From contig CAZVDP010000011.1 of NCBI GenBank assembly GCA_964625945.1, forward strand, positions 112-64,111: a stretch of DNA of 64,000 nucleotides, in the 5' to 3' direction. Below the pieces are notes generated by a model that saw only the letters and a list, made by a program, of their open reading frames with translations, did no database searches and was not told the DNA's origin. Source of the DNA: an uncultured Dehalococcoidia bacterium. Its GTDB lineage: Bacteria > Chloroflexota > Dehalococcoidia > Lucifugimonadales > UBA1127. Positions 1 through 9,750 of this stretch are shown here, piece after piece (within the stretch, counting starts at the first letter, position 1; the number at the start of each line of letters is the position of its first letter). The position numbers and the translations under genes are program-made.

Positions 1-1
1 C

Positions 2-109
2 ACTTCCAAGGCAGGGACTGCCCGGAAGAAAGAAGCGGCAGCGCCCAAGGCAAAGAGTGACGCTCCAAAAACTCGAACGAGAGCGAAAGTTAAAGCAGAC
101 GAAAACTAA
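2..109 (+). CDS. 3' end of a CDS truncated by the window edge; basic Lys/Ala/Arg-rich C-terminal tail, product unknown
   Basis: Open frame from the window edge reads ...TSKAGTARKKEAAAPKAKSDAPKTRTRAKVKADEN, then TAA at 107-109. Absent from the ORF track because it has no start in the window. Confidence 0.3.
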   Translation, partial: TSKAGTARKKEAAAPKAKSDAPKTRTRAKVKADEN

Positions 110-239
110 GAACATGTGAAGTGGGGGGTCCCTAATAACGGTAAGCTCAAAAGGGAATCTCCCTATTAAAGCAATGGCTTCCTTTGCGCCTTATGTCGGG
201 TCCGTTCGCATAACCACTTCTGTTGTGAAGGAGATACAG

Positions 240-1511
240 ATGTCAACTGATAAGAGACACGGCGATGTGAAAGATCCGTCGTTGGCCCTAGACGGGATAG
301 CTCACATTCAATGGGCTGCTCGAGAAATGCCGGTGTTAAATCTTATCCGCTCGCGATTTAGTCGCCAAAAACCCTTGGAAGGACTCCGTGTTGCTTGCTG
401 CCTACACGTAACCTCGGAAACAGCCAATCTTGCTCTGGTGTTAAAAGCTGGAGGCGCTGAAGTCTCTCTATGCGCCAGCAACCCACTGAGCACTCAAGAC
501 GACGTTGCAGCTGCACTAAGCCAGGAGCTCGGGGTCCCAACTTTTGCTATAAACGGGGAAGACACAGACACGTACTACAAGCATATGCACGCTGTCCTAG
601 ATCAGCGACCTCACATCACTATTGATGACGGCGCAGACCTCGTTAGCACTTTGCACCGAGAACGCCGAGAGTTGCTCCCTGACGTAATAGGTGGCACTGA
701 GGAAACAACGACGGGCGTGATCAGGCTACGCAGCATGGCTGATCAGGGTGCGCTTCTTTATCCAATGGTAGCGGTGAATGACGCCGACACAAAACACATG
801 TTTGATAATCGCTATGGCACGGGACAAAGTGCTGTAGACGGCATTACGCGTGCCACAAATGTCCTATGGGCTGGGAAACAAGTGGTTGTAGTAGGTTACG
901 GATGGTCAGGTCGAGGCGTGGCCTCACGCGCCCGCGGCCTCGGATCTCATGTAATTGTTACAGAAGTAGACCCCATCAAAGCCCTCGAGGCCGTGATGGA
1001 CGGGTATCAAGTAATGCCAATGCTTGAAGCAGTTTCCCGTGCTGATATTATCGTTACGGTTACAGGCGACATCCATGTTGTGGATGGTCACCATTTCGAT
1101 CGTATTAAGGACGGAGCATTAATCGCAAACGCTGGTCACTTCGATATCGAAATTAACATTCCTTCTCTTACAGAGAAAGCACGATCAATTCGGACGGTCC
1201 GTCCTCTCGTGGACGAATACACCTTGGAAGACGGCAGGCGAGTGTACTTGTTAGCGCAGGGAAGGCTCATTAACCTAGCAGCGGCCGAAGGACATCCCTC
1301 CAGCGTGATGGACATGAGCTTCGCTGGCCAGGCCCTAAGCGCAGCTTATATTGCCCAGTCAAAAGGTCAACTAAAACCAGGAGTGCATGAAGTCCCTCGC
1401 GAACTAGTTACAGAGATCGGCACGTTAAAGCTCGAGGCCCTCGGGATTACCATTGACGCCCTGACCGACGAGCAGAAATCATACCTGTCTAGCTGGGAGA
1501 TCGGAACCTAG
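240..1511 (+). CDS. ahcY: adenosylhomocysteinase (S-adenosyl-L-homocysteine hydrolase)
   Basis: Track ORF 174..1511. Family-typical segments [38 protein letters not shown], and the NAD fold [12 protein letters not shown]. Likely true start is ATG 240 (M23), preceded by GAAGGAG at 227-233 with a 6-nt spacer. Confidence 0.95.
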   Translation: MSTDKRHGDVKDPSLALDGIAHIQWAAREMPVLNLIRSRFSRQKPLEGLRVACCLHVTSETANLALVLKAGGAEVSLCASNPLSTQDDVAAALSQELGVPTFAINGEDTDTYYKHMHAVLDQRPHITIDDGADLVSTLHRERRELLPDVIGGTEETTTGVIRLRSMADQGALLYPMVAVNDADTKHMFDNRYGTGQSAVDGITRATNVLWAGKQVVVVGYGWSGRGVASRARGLGSHVIVTEVDPIKALEAVMDGYQVMPMLEAVSRADIIVTVTGDIHVVDGHHFDRIKDGALIANAGHFDIEINIPSLTEKARSIRTVRPLVDEYTLEDGRRVYLLAQGRLINLAAAEGHPSSVMDMSFAGQALSAAYIAQSKGQLKPGVHEVPRELVTEIGTLKLEALGITIDALTDEQKSYLSSWEIGT

Positions 1512-1544
1512 CCCCTACTAAAATTCGACCTAGAAGGTGACGTT

Positions 1545-2771
1545 ATGCCTGCAAACAGCATGAGTTTCTTTGAAGCGCCTAGTTACCTATTCACGTCTGA
1601 ATCTGTAACGGAGGGTCATCCTGATAAGCTCTGCGACCAAATCTCTGACACAATTTTGGATGCATACTTGGCACAGGATCCATTCGCCCGAGTGGCCTGT
1701 GAGGCGGTGAGTACTAGGGGGCTTGTGGCCGTTGTTGGGGAAATCACGTCTTCAGGCAATGTAGACTTGGGGACCTTAGTGCGCGAGGTGTTGAAGGATG
1801 TCGGCTATACGAAAGCCGAATATGGGATTGGGCACGATACCTGCGGAGTAACAATCGCGGTCCAAAAACAATCGGAGGAAATTGCTCAGGCAGTCGGAAT
1901 CAATCAGGACAACCCCGATACCCGAGGAGCCGGAGATCAGGGCATGATGGTGGGCTTTGCCTGCCTAGAGGAGATTGACGGGTCACCAATGAACACTGAA
2001 TTCATGCCACTGCCGATATATCTCTCACATAAGCTTTGCCGGCAACTAGCGCTTGTTCGGAAAGAAGGGATAATCCCGTACCTACGTCCGGACGGCAAAT
2101 CACAAGTCACTATTGAGTATGCCCAAGGAAAACCGAAACGAATTCATACTCTAATTGTAAGTGCTCAACACGACCCGGGAATCACGGAAGAGCAAATTCG
2201 AAGAGACCTGATAAGAGAGGTCGTCGCCCCAGTAGTGCCAACTGAACTACTAGATGACCAAACAATTATCCACACTAACCCATCGGGGAGTTTCGTTGTC
2301 GGAGGACCAAATGGAGACGCTGGGTTGACAGGAAGAAAGATTCTAGTCGACACCTATGGCGGAACCGCTCGACATGGTGGCGGAGCGTTTTCAGGAAAGG
2401 ACCCAACAAAAGTGGATCGCTCAGGGGCATATGCAGCTAGGTATGTAGCGAAAAACATCGTCGCAGCAGGATTAGCAACGCGCGTCGAAGTTCAAATCTC
2501 ATACGCTATTGGCGTAGCCGACCCTATTTCGGTCTCGGTCGAAACATTTGGCACAGCAAGGTTTGACGAGCGCCTTATCGAAGATCTAGTAGCAAAACAT
2601 TTTGACCTGCGGCCTGGAGCCATCATCCGGGATTTAGATCTTCGCAAGCCAATATATCGAGCGACATCTAGCTATGGTCACTTTGGGCGCGACGATATCG
2701 CGCTGCCTTGGGAGAGAACCGACAAAGCCGAGCAACTCTCCAAGGACGCTAGAGCCCACGCCTCAGCATAA
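1545..2771 (+). CDS. metK: S-adenosylmethionine synthetase
   Basis: Motifs [43 protein letters not shown]. Lies 33 nt after ahcY on the same strand, so probably one operon. Confidence 0.97.
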   Translation: MPANSMSFFEAPSYLFTSESVTEGHPDKLCDQISDTILDAYLAQDPFARVACEAVSTRGLVAVVGEITSSGNVDLGTLVREVLKDVGYTKAEYGIGHDTCGVTIAVQKQSEEIAQAVGINQDNPDTRGAGDQGMMVGFACLEEIDGSPMNTEFMPLPIYLSHKLCRQLALVRKEGIIPYLRPDGKSQVTIEYAQGKPKRIHTLIVSAQHDPGITEEQIRRDLIREVVAPVVPTELLDDQTIIHTNPSGSFVVGGPNGDAGLTGRKILVDTYGGTARHGGGAFSGKDPTKVDRSGAYAARYVAKNIVAAGLATRVEVQISYAIGVADPISVSVETFGTARFDERLIEDLVAKHFDLRPGAIIRDLDLRKPIYRATSSYGHFGRDDIALPWERTDKAEQLSKDARAHASA

Positions 2772-2799
2772 GTACGTGTTCTAAAATTGCGTTCTCGGG

Positions 2800-4236
2800 A
2801 TGATGCCGGTGTTAGAGTCAATCATAAAGTTCGGAACGGACGGTTGGCGAGGTCTGATCGCAGAGGATTTCACCTTTGATAACGTTAGGATCTGTGCTCA
2901 AGGAGTCGCGTCCTATCACAAACGATTAGGGCTAGGAAACTCCCCGGTAGTAGTTGGATATGACACTCGATTTGGGTCCGAGAATTTCGCTCGTGCCGTC
3001 GCTGAGGTCTTAGTTGCCAACGAAATCCCCACACTGCTCTGCACAAGCGCTACACCCACACCTGTCGTCAGCTGGAACATTCTTAGCCACCAAGCAGCAG
3101 GCGGAGTCATCATTACCGCAAGCCACAACCCAGCTGAATGGAATGGGTTTAAATATCGAACCAGCTATGGAGGGAGTCCGTCGCCTGAAATCATAACCGC
3201 ACTAGAAGAAGAGATCGGTATTGCCGAACCCTTAGGTAAAACCCCCACGAAAGAACCCTTGGCCGACAAGAGGCAACAAATAACCAACCTCGACGGGAAG
3301 GATTCCTACGTCAACCATTTAAGAACAATCACCGATCTGGGACCGATACGAGGTGCTGGGTTATCTCTGGTAATTGATGCCATGCACGGAGCTGGCGCAG
3401 GTTTCCTCAGCACCCTTTTGGACGGTGGATCCACTGAAACGCGAGAACTACGCAGTGAAAGAAATCCCTCATTCCCAGGGATGCATAATCCTGAACCAAT
3501 AGCTAATAACCTTAGGATGCTCTCAACAGCAGTGGGTAACTCTGCGGCCGATGTCGGCTTGGCACTAGATGGAGACGCAGACCGCCTAGGAGTAATCGAT
3601 AACAATGGAAACTACATAACATCGCTACAGATATTCGCTCTACTTGCATACTACTTGCTCGAAGTAAGAAACATTCGAGGTCCAATTATAAAATCCATCA
3701 CATTAGGAAACATGGCGCTCAAGCTGGCCCATATCTACAATGTCCCCATATTCGAGACAGGTGTTGGGTTCAAACACATCGCACCCATGATGGTTGGGCA
3801 AGATGCAATTCTTGGCGGTGAAGAGAGCGGAGGATACGCTTTTCGCGATCACCTCCCCGAGCGTGACGGTATCCTGAGCGGCATTCTGTTACTCGACTTA
3901 ATTGCTCGGACCGGAAAAAGTTTGTCTGCTCTTCTCGAAGAACTCTACGGGCTAATCGGTCCACATCACTATGATAGAGTTGACCTGAAGTTCGACCGCC
4001 AAGATAGACAAACGTTAATATCTCGTCTGAACGATTGCCCTCCGAAGATTCTTGCGGAGACGCGAGTCACGAAAATTGACCATGTTGATGGGATACGCTT
4101 CCATTTAGAAGATGGGGCTTGGGTCATGCTTCGCTTCTCTGGTACGGAGCCCCTACTCCGAGTTTATGCAGAGGCAGAGAATCTCGAACGCGTAGGGAGA
4201 ATCTTGCGAGACGCCCAAGACTTTGTTGGAATTTAA
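2800..4236 (+). CDS. alpha-D-phosphohexomutase family (phosphoglucomutase/phosphomannomutase)
   Basis: N-terminal FGTDGWRG, phosphoserine loop TASHNPAEWNGFK, Mg loop LDGDADRLG, sugar loop GEESGG. Confidence 0.85.
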   Translation: MMPVLESIIKFGTDGWRGLIAEDFTFDNVRICAQGVASYHKRLGLGNSPVVVGYDTRFGSENFARAVAEVLVANEIPTLLCTSATPTPVVSWNILSHQAAGGVIITASHNPAEWNGFKYRTSYGGSPSPEIITALEEEIGIAEPLGKTPTKEPLADKRQQITNLDGKDSYVNHLRTITDLGPIRGAGLSLVIDAMHGAGAGFLSTLLDGGSTETRELRSERNPSFPGMHNPEPIANNLRMLSTAVGNSAADVGLALDGDADRLGVIDNNGNYITSLQIFALLAYYLLEVRNIRGPIIKSITLGNMALKLAHIYNVPIFETGVGFKHIAPMMVGQDAILGGEESGGYAFRDHLPERDGILSGILLLDLIARTGKSLSALLEELYGLIGPHHYDRVDLKFDRQDRQTLISRLNDCPPKILAETRVTKIDHVDGIRFHLEDGAWVMLRFSGTEPLLRVYAEAENLERVGRILRDAQDFVGI

Positions 4237-4337
4237 GAACGCCTCCAGATTGACGAGACACTTAGATGTTGATTTCCGTTGTCCGGCCTGAGACAATTGA
4301 ATAACATACGTTATGGGAAACTGGGAGTAGGTGCGCA

Positions 4338-4541
4338 ATGGGATTCTTGAGGGGTATAGGGCTTCCAGAGTTGCTAATAATCCTGACGATCGTGCTTTTG
4401 CTTTTTGGGTCGACGCGTCTTCCACGCCTTGCTTCATCCATGGGAAAGGCGATCAGGGAGTTCCGGAAAGCAACAGATGACGGAAAGCCCAAGAGAGGCA
4501 CCTCCAAGCGAACTAAATCAAAGGCCACGCCGCCCAAGTGA
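4338..4541 (+). CDS. tatA: twin-arginine translocase subunit TatA/E
   Basis: 67 aa. One N-terminal TM helix (LPELLIILTIVLLLFGSTRLP), then an amphipathic basic tail: the typical TatA architecture. Confidence 0.85.
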   Translation: MGFLRGIGLPELLIILTIVLLLFGSTRLPRLASSMGKAIREFRKATDDGKPKRGTSKRTKSKATPPK

Positions 4542-4667
4542 GCCCTACTAAAATAGTCTTATATGAGAGTAACTATATCCTCGCATTCTAGGCATAATCT
4601 CTAGATTCAGCGTTACCGTAGGCGACTAAAAGCATATGCCTGTCGATTGTCCAGTAGGAGCAAGCTC

Positions 4668-5591
4668 TTGGAACAAGACTATGGCCTCCCTCTATTAGAG
4701 GCAGCTCACCAAACTGGCATATTTATTGCGCCAGGTGACTTCCCAAGAGAATCCACTGCAATTGTTAATGGACTAAACCTGCACTACCTCGACTGGGGAA
4801 ACCCCAGACACCCTGCTATTGTGTTCATCCATGGGTATGCCCAAAATGCTCACACTTGGGATTTTAGTGCTCTCGCTCTGCGAAATAATTTTCACGTTAT
4901 CGCTATCGACCTGCGCGGACACGGGGAATCGGATTGGTCCTCTCAAAACGATTACAGCATCCAAGCGTATCTGAGCGATCTAACAGAAATGATCAGGCAC
5001 TTAGGACTGCACTCTGTAACCCTTGTGGGTCTTTCGCTAGGAGGCACCATCGCATATTCATTCGCGGCGCTACACCCCGAAAAGATAGACCGATTGGTTG
5101 TGGTCGACACTGGTCCAGAACTAAATACTCGTGGACGGGGACGAATACGGCGGTTCACGAGCAAGTTAGACATCCTGGATTCCTTTGATCTGTTTGTCGC
5201 CCGCGCCATGAAGTACAATTCTCGCCGCCCAGAGTGGCAAATACGTGGCAGCTTGCGTCACAGCCTGAGGAAGCTGCCTGACGGAAGATGGACATGGAAA
5301 TATGACCCCGCACTGAGAGATCCTAAACTGATCGCTCCCAAGAGACCTCAAACTTCTGAGGAACGCTGGACTCTGTGGGAAAGTATCAAGTGCCCTACGT
5401 TGCTAATTAGAGGGGAGCAGAGCGATCTACTGGATAGAACCGTGGCGGAGCGGATGAAGCACACGCTCCCCGGTAGCCAATTTATTGAGGTCGCTGGTTC
5501 AGGCCACCTCGTTCCTGGTGATAAACCTTTGGCTTTCCAGTCCTCACTACTTCGATTCCTCAAGATGGATTCCTGTCTAGATATTCCCTGA
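4668..5591 (+). CDS. alpha/beta-fold hydrolase
   Basis: Track ORF 4647..5591. HG oxyanion motif (FIHGYAQNAHTW), nucleophile elbow GLSLGG, C-terminal GSGHL. Start is uncertain; TTG 4668 sits 7 nt after AGGAG. Confidence 0.7.
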   Translation: MEQDYGLPLLEAAHQTGIFIAPGDFPRESTAIVNGLNLHYLDWGNPRHPAIVFIHGYAQNAHTWDFSALALRNNFHVIAIDLRGHGESDWSSQNDYSIQAYLSDLTEMIRHLGLHSVTLVGLSLGGTIAYSFAALHPEKIDRLVVVDTGPELNTRGRGRIRRFTSKLDILDSFDLFVARAMKYNSRRPEWQIRGSLRHSLRKLPDGRWTWKYDPALRDPKLIAPKRPQTSEERWTLWESIKCPTLLIRGEQSDLLDRTVAERMKHTLPGSQFIEVAGSGHLVPGDKPLAFQSSLLRFLKMDSCLDIP

Positions 5592-5679
5592 TCGTCTGGA
5601 CATTTCTCTGTCGACAATGGTAGCCGCCGGACGTATAATCGCGTATTCGTTCACCATCAATCCTGTTTCGGAGGACTCT

Positions 5680-6141
5680 GTGAATATAGACGTTGGCGCC
5701 AAGGCCCCTGATTTCACCCTGAAATCCGACCAGAATCAAGACATCTCTCTGGCGTCCTACTGCGGATCAAAGATTGCCATCCTCGCATTCTTTCCTTTTG
5801 CGTTTACGGGTGGCTGAGCACATGAACTAACTTCTTTTCGGACTCGCCACAAGGAGTTCGAAGAGCTAAATGCTCAAGTCTTGGGCATCAGCGTGGATAG
5901 CCGGCACTCTCTCAAACAATTTGGTAGCGGCTTGGGAGGCTTGCCCTTTCCCTTAATAGCAGACTTCTTCCCCCATGGAGCAGTCGCGAAAGATTATGGG
6001 GTTTTTAATGAAGAGAATGGCGCATCCCGACGTGCTGTCTTCATCGTTGACAAGAGTGGAGCAGTGCAATGGGCAAAGGTGTACTCAAGCCCACCAGACA
6101 TGGATGAATTGCTACAAGCTATCCGGCACTTGGTTGAGTGA
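5680..6141 (+). CDS. AhpE/1-Cys-type peroxiredoxin with in-frame TGA (5815-5817) at the peroxidatic Cys position; probable selenocysteine-containing peroxiredoxin
   Basis: Track ORFs 5617..5817 and 5881..6141 share one frame and are separated only by TGA 5815-5817 plus 21 open codons. Read-through gives VNIDVGAKAPDFTL...AILAFFPFAFTGG-U-AHELTSF...FPLIADFFPHGAVAKDYGVFNEE...RAVFIVDKSG. The likely start is GTG 5680, after GGAGG at 5670-5674. Confidence 0.8.
5829..5858 (+). promoter_or_regulatory. candidate bacterial SECIS hairpin downstream of the in-frame UGA
   Basis: AACUUCUU (5829-5836) pairs with AAGGAGUU (5851-5858): 8 bp including one G.U. The 14-nt loop UUCGGACUCGCCAC carries GG at 5840-5841, 25 nt from the UGA. 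Found by eye only. Confidence 0.4.
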
Positions 6142-6198
6142 CGCGATAAGAAGACATCGGTTACCGAGGCAAACCAATTAGAGTAGCACGGGGATCAC

Positions 6199-7428
6199 CT
6201 AAAGCCGTCGCGCTTGGGGCATGATCAGACTAATTACGAAAATTAGAATCAGACAAATCGACCCCATAAGGATCAAAGCCGAAGACGCTCCGGCAGCATC
6301 AGCAATAAATCCGGCCAGCGCACTCCCAAGTGGCATAAGCGCGTGATCTAAATGATATGCACTCATAACCCTCCCTTGAAGCGGTACAGGCGTGATCTTC
6401 AAGATAAGTGTATTCCCGGACGTCATGAATAAGGACTGGCTCGCGCCAATCAGTACCATCACAACGAATGCTAACCCAACCCAAGGGACAGATCCCAACA
6501 CTATCAATAGGGATCCAAACAACACCCCCCCACCTACTAGTAACCATCCTTTTCTTTTAACATCTCCCATGGAGGCAACTGCCAATCCGCCGGATAAAGC
6601 GCCGAAGCCAGCCGCGGACAGCAACAGTCCATAGCCACCTGGGCCAATTCCAAACACGGTGTCAGAAATTACCGGGAGCAGCGTGTTGTAGGGCATAGCG
6701 AAGGTAAATACTACGAGAGAGGTAAGAATTAACGACAAGATATTCCGACTATGGATAACATAGCTGATGCCCTCAAGTAATTGTTTCTTAGCGCCTCCTG
6801 TAATCAAGCTGCGCCCTTCTGAACCTCTCAAGAGCAAAGTCGTGACGACAACGAGCAAGAAAATGGTTGCCGCCGCGGCATAGGCAAATCGGACGTCTCC
6901 TCCATCCTTCCAAATGAGCAACCCGCCAAGGGCTGGACCAAGCACGCGCGTGGAATTGGTCGCGACATGATTCAGTCCCATCGCATTTAGCAAGAGATGC
7001 GATGGGACAAGGCGCGGGACAAGCGACTGCCGCGCTGGCTGATTGAACGCCATCGAGCATCCCATGAGTCCAGCCGCGACATACACATGCCAGATTTCAA
7101 CACGTCCCGATACCACTAATAGGAACATCCCTAGATATCCTGCGAAGCTGACGGTCTGACAGCATAATAGGACGACTTTCTTATTGAACCTATCAGCGGC
7201 CAATCCCGCTGGAAGAGCTAAGAAAACTTGCGGCAGAGAACGAACAAGGTTAGTGAGGCCAATGTCTAACGCCGAACCGGTTAGCTTCCATACGAGCCAG
7301 TTCCTAGCAATGTTCTCCATCCACATCGCTCCGGACCAGCCCAGCATGCCAACCCAGACCAGACTAAAATCACGATATTTCAACGATAAGAAAATATCTC
7401 TCAGTGGTTTGCGCGGAGCATCAGACAC
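6199..7428 (-). CDS. MFS transporter
   Basis: Track ORF 6199..7473. About 12 hydrophobic segments and an MFS-like N-terminus (YRDFSLVWVGMLGW). GTG at 7428 overlaps the upstream gene's TAG by 1 nt (TAGTG), which suggests the coupled start. ATG 7473 is the alternative. Confidence 0.8.
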   Translation of the reverse strand: MSDAPRKPLRDIFLSLKYRDFSLVWVGMLGWSGAMWMENIARNWLVWKLTGSALDIGLTNLVRSLPQVFLALPAGLAADRFNKKVVLLCCQTVSFAGYLGMFLLVVSGRVEIWHVYVAAGLMGCSMAFNQPARQSLVPRLVPSHLLLNAMGLNHVATNSTRVLGPALGGLLIWKDGGDVRFAYAAAATIFLLVVVTTLLLRGSEGRSLITGGAKKQLLEGISYVIHSRNILSLILTSLVVFTFAMPYNTLLPVISDTVFGIGPGGYGLLLSAAGFGALSGGLAVASMGDVKRKGWLLVGGGVLFGSLLIVLGSVPWVGLAFVVMVLIGASQSLFMTSGNTLILKITPVPLQGRVMSAYHLDHALMPLGSALAGFIADAAGASSALILMGSICLILIFVISLIMPQARRL

Positions 7429-8159
7429 TACGATTCTCCACAGTTTTCGGGTGGCAAAATGTGTCCCAGCCAAACACGCAATTCCCCTAGAAGAGCTCTG
7501 CTGATTTCATGCCCAAAGGCATCTTCTCTGTAATCCGGAATAAAGCCGAGTCGCTCTAAAAAGGTCCGAGCCTGCCTCGCGCTATCAACGGACACAAGTT
7601 CGTCTCGAACCCCATGGGAAATGAAGACGCGTTGCGAGCGTTTTGAGCTGGTCTTCCCGCCACCCGAATTACTCTTTTCGATTGGAGGGATACGTGCTTC
7701 CAAAGTTTCGAGATCTGGAAGTACGCTGCTTAATGCGACCAGCCCGCGAAACATCTCGGGCCTAGCGAGACCATACCGATAGGTCATCCCTCCTCCCTGA
7801 GAAAATCCGATCATCACAGCATTGCCATCAAGGACTTCAAATTTTGAGAACACCTCGTCAACAAACACTCCCAGCATCTCCTCAGCTTTCCACGCAAATT
7901 CTTCTGCAGCTGAACCTCCTGGTGGGGTCCATCCGAAGCCAACTCTACCGTCTGGGAGGCGCAACTTAAGGGGGGCATTTGGGGCGACGTAAGTATATCT
8001 GTTTTCCCCTAGGAGAGGAGCCAGGCCAGCCAAGTCCCCCATATGAGACCCGAATCCGTGTAGGAGAATAATTAATGGGGTCGCTGTACTCGGAACATGT
8101 GAATCTGAGGATACTACCAGATAGTCTAGTGATTGCCCTTTATAGGATTCCGTCTTCAT
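7428..8159 (-). CDS. phospholipase/carboxylesterase-type alpha/beta hydrolase
   Basis: Track ORF 7428..8219. ILLHGFGSHMGD and nucleophile elbow GFSQGG. Likely start is ATG 8159 (MKTESY...), 5 nt after AGAGGTG. Confidence 0.7.
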   Translation of the reverse strand: MKTESYKGQSLDYLVVSSDSHVPSTATPLIILLHGFGSHMGDLAGLAPLLGENRYTYVAPNAPLKLRLPDGRVGFGWTPPGGSAAEEFAWKAEEMLGVFVDEVFSKFEVLDGNAVMIGFSQGGGMTYRYGLARPEMFRGLVALSSVLPDLETLEARIPPIEKSNSGGGKTSSKRSQRVFISHGVRDELVSVDSARQARTFLERLGFIPDYREDAFGHEISRALLGELRVWLGHILPPENCGES

Positions 8160-8351
8160 CACGACACCTCTTTGGAGGTTGAATCTAGCCGAAGTTCCAC
8201 AACTTGCACCATCGATCACGAGATGTTAGCCTGCCGCTAGCGAAAGGAGGTGAGAGTCGATGAATGATAGTAGCTCCTGTACCAACCCGGCTCTTCCGCC
8301 ACAAGGAGACTCCATCTCGTAGCGAGCCTCATCGTGGTTGTGAATCCGAGA

Positions 8352-8383
8352 TTGAAAAGGGGCTCATATGAGCCCCTTTTCAA
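8352..8383 (-). terminator. intrinsic terminator-like perfect 32-nt palindrome just after the aminotransferase stop
   Basis: ttgaaaaggggctcatatgagccccttttcaa. GC stem GGGGCUC/GAGCCCC flanked by A- and U-runs, so it could act in both directions. Confidence 0.6.
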
Positions 8384-8384
8384 T

Positions 8385-9575
8385 TTAACCAGGTAGCCCA
8401 TGTGCACGTGCCGCCAGACTTAACCCATGCAATGCTCCCTCAAGTACTCTCTCTTCAACCGAATAGGAAATTCGGAAATGGCCCGGTCCTCCAAATCCCA
8501 CACCAGGCGTAACCAACACACGGTGACTAATCAGTTCTTGTGCAAATGCAACATCATCCGCAATGGGTGCTTTCGGGAAAAGATAAAAAGCGCCCTGAGG
8601 GTGGACAAATTGATACCCCATATCCTCGAGGCTTCTACAAAGCCGGTCACGCTGCGTTTGGTACCAGCCGACATCGACGTTAAGGTCTATCGAGGCTTGT
8701 ACGGCACGCTGCATCATTGCAGGAGCATTGACGAAGCCAAGTACACGAGTGGAGTATGTTAGTCCTTCAATCAATTCTAACTTCCCATTGAAGTCAGGAT
8801 GTACAGCAATGTAGCCAATGCGTTCCCCTGCTAATGAGAGATCTTTTGAAAATGAAGTTGCTACGATGGTGGGAGAGTAGAAAGGATAAACGTACGGATA
8901 TTCCAGTCCATCGAAAATTATCCTTGCATAAGGCTCATCACTAATGAGATAGATGAGCGTATTCAGCTTCTCCGAGAGTTTCGAAAGTAACGCACCTAGG
9001 CTTTTCAACATCTCGGGGGAGTAAACTACCCCCGTTGGGTTATTTGGTGAATTGATGATGATCGCCCTGGTTGCGGAAGTAACTTCTTCCTCAATCACAC
9101 CTAGATCCAATTGAAAGTCCTTGCCGGTAGGAATTGCGCGAACGCTACCCCCATGATTCCCTGCATACGCTATATACTCCCAAAAGAACGGCGCTGGGAC
9201 CAATACTTCCTCTCCAGGATTGAGGATCGTCTTAAAAATAACATTCAGGGCACCCCCGGCCCCGGACGCCATGATAATCTCATTCTCCGTGAAAGAAAGA
9301 CCAGTTTCTCGCGCCAAACGGGATGCCACAGCCATCCGAGTTTCCTTGATTCCTGCATTCGGCATGTACCTATGCATGCCAGGAATAGGTGCTTCAGCCA
9401 ATCTTCGGAGTTCTTGATGGAACTCTTTAGGTGGTTCTAGTACAGGATTACCTAACGAAAGATCAAAAACTTGATCGTCACCAAACTGTTTCTTCATCTC
9501 AAGCCCCAACTCGAACATACGCCTAACCCACGACGAGGCTTCTAGGGCCTTTCGAACGCTCTGAGAAATAGACAC
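8385..9575 (-). CDS. class I/II pyridoxal-phosphate-dependent aminotransferase (aspartate/aromatic-type)
   Basis: Track ORF 8385..9599. NSPNNPTG and the PLP-lysine motif SFSKDLSLAGERIGY. GTG 9575 follows AGGAGGA with a 5-nt spacer. Confidence 0.85.
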   Translation of the reverse strand: MSISQSVRKALEASSWVRRMFELGLEMKKQFGDDQVFDLSLGNPVLEPPKEFHQELRRLAEAPIPGMHRYMPNAGIKETRMAVASRLARETGLSFTENEIIMASGAGGALNVIFKTILNPGEEVLVPAPFFWEYIAYAGNHGGSVRAIPTGKDFQLDLGVIEEEVTSATRAIIINSPNNPTGVVYSPEMLKSLGALLSKLSEKLNTLIYLISDEPYARIIFDGLEYPYVYPFYSPTIVATSFSKDLSLAGERIGYIAVHPDFNGKLELIEGLTYSTRVLGFVNAPAMMQRAVQASIDLNVDVGWYQTQRDRLCRSLEDMGYQFVHPQGAFYLFPKAPIADDVAFAQELISHRVLVTPGVGFGGPGHFRISYSVEERVLEGALHGLSLAARAHGLPG

Positions 9576-9750
9576 GATGTTCCTCCTACTCTTCAACAAT
9601 CCTTATAAAGACCGTACGGTTAGATTTTCTGGCAGCCGCTTTATTAATCAAAAATGTTTAGAATAAAGGTGCGCCCTTCTAGCTCTAATGAGTCAATTGC
9701 TACTGGGATTATATAATACAAAACAATTCTAATTAATACGGAACAGGCTC

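Noticed and set aside
110-239. SAH or SAM riboswitch upstream of the ahcY-metK operon
   Set aside because: I could not recognise SAH (RF01057), SAM-I or SAM-II/V core sequences or a convincing pseudoknot by eye. This needs cmsearch to be sure.
5617-6141. Reading the two peroxiredoxin fragments as a pseudogene, or as two separate small genes
   Set aside because: There is a single in-frame TGA exactly at the catalytic Cys column, conserved family motifs continue after it, and a hairpin lies downstream. Selenocysteine recoding is the more economical explanation, though it is unproven without the sel genes.
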